Assembly: GCA_015680685.1 (NCBI GenBank)
Contig: MNCI01003186.1
Location: 833,570-897,569 of the forward strand
Direction: 5' to 3'
Length of the DNA stretch: 64,000 bases
DNA from: Gnetum montanum
Taxonomy: Eukaryota > Plantae > Gnetophyta
Position 1 is the stretch's first letter. Each line of letters begins with the position of its first letter. Shown piece by piece: positions 63,492 to 64,000 of this stretch. The notes under the pieces are model-generated. The model was not told the DNA's origin, ran no database searches, and saw only the letters and a program-made list of their open reading frames with translations. The position numbers and the translations under genes are program-made.

Positions 63492-63899
63492 TGCTAAGCG
63501 GCAAGGTACCCCTATGCTCAACCATATGAATATGAGCATTTCATACATGATCTAGTTGAATTCTAAGGACTAAGTGCTTATGTGAACTTGTGGAATAAGG
63601 ATGGGTTGATTGACCATTGTCTTCCCAAACTTACTTGTATGTCACAATTGTATGGTTAATCTTGAGGCATATGATTTTTATATCTTTTATGTTTTTATGT
63701 CCTATGCTAATAGGAAAAGAGAGAGATAACTAGGCGACTAATTTAACTTCACTACTCATTAACTATGTTTTAACTAATCCTAACACTAGCATCCTTTCCC
63801 ACTTGCTATACACATCCTGAACCAGTGCAACACTACTAAGATTACCAAACGCTAATCATTACTGGCTTACCAAGCATTACACGCATGCTCGAAATGGTC
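63492..63899 (-). mobile_element. Truncated LTR of the same Athila-like family
   Basis: TGCTAAGCGGCAAGGTACCCCTATGCTCAACC... aligns to 38403-38810, then similarity stops. Confidence 0.85.
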
Positions 63900-64000
63900 T
63901 TGCTTGTGTAATTTAACAATTTTCTTAATTGATCAAAATGAATTTCTATGCTAAAAATAGAAATGTAAAGTGCATAAAATAAAATAAATGCATAAGAAAA

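Overview
Seed-plant nuclear DNA, probably gymnosperm (about 0.9-kb ITS1, conifer-type 18S variants, very long IGS). There is no intact protein-coding gene. A ~44-kb block (8341-~52626) holds two tandem, heavily CG/CHG-deaminated 35S rDNA units: one complete, and one with a ~2.4-kb ITS2/26S deletion. Their IGS is complex: a 29-bp array, a 15/20-bp GAGAG array, ~640-bp and ~224-bp ETS repeats, and about 15 copies of a Pol I promoter-like cassette in one spacer. An Athila-like Ty3/gypsy element lacking RT/RH/INT sits in the second IGS with two LTRs, a tRNA-Asp PBS and a degenerate TSD. A related 5'-truncated gag-pol element is fused to the right end of the block. The composite is bracketed by a ~1.9-kb direct duplication (6405-8340 / 61480-63369) and has inverted segments at both junctions. 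The left flank has an NPF4 (NRT1/PTR) gene fragment, an assembly gap, a partly inverted gypsy LTR-gag remnant, RTE-LINE fragments and tRNA-derived SINE remnants. I found no clear novel functional system. The best leads are the orphan rDNA insertion architecture, the amplified spacer promoters with higher-order repeats, and a conserved unknown domain 5' of gag. All alignments were done by eye.
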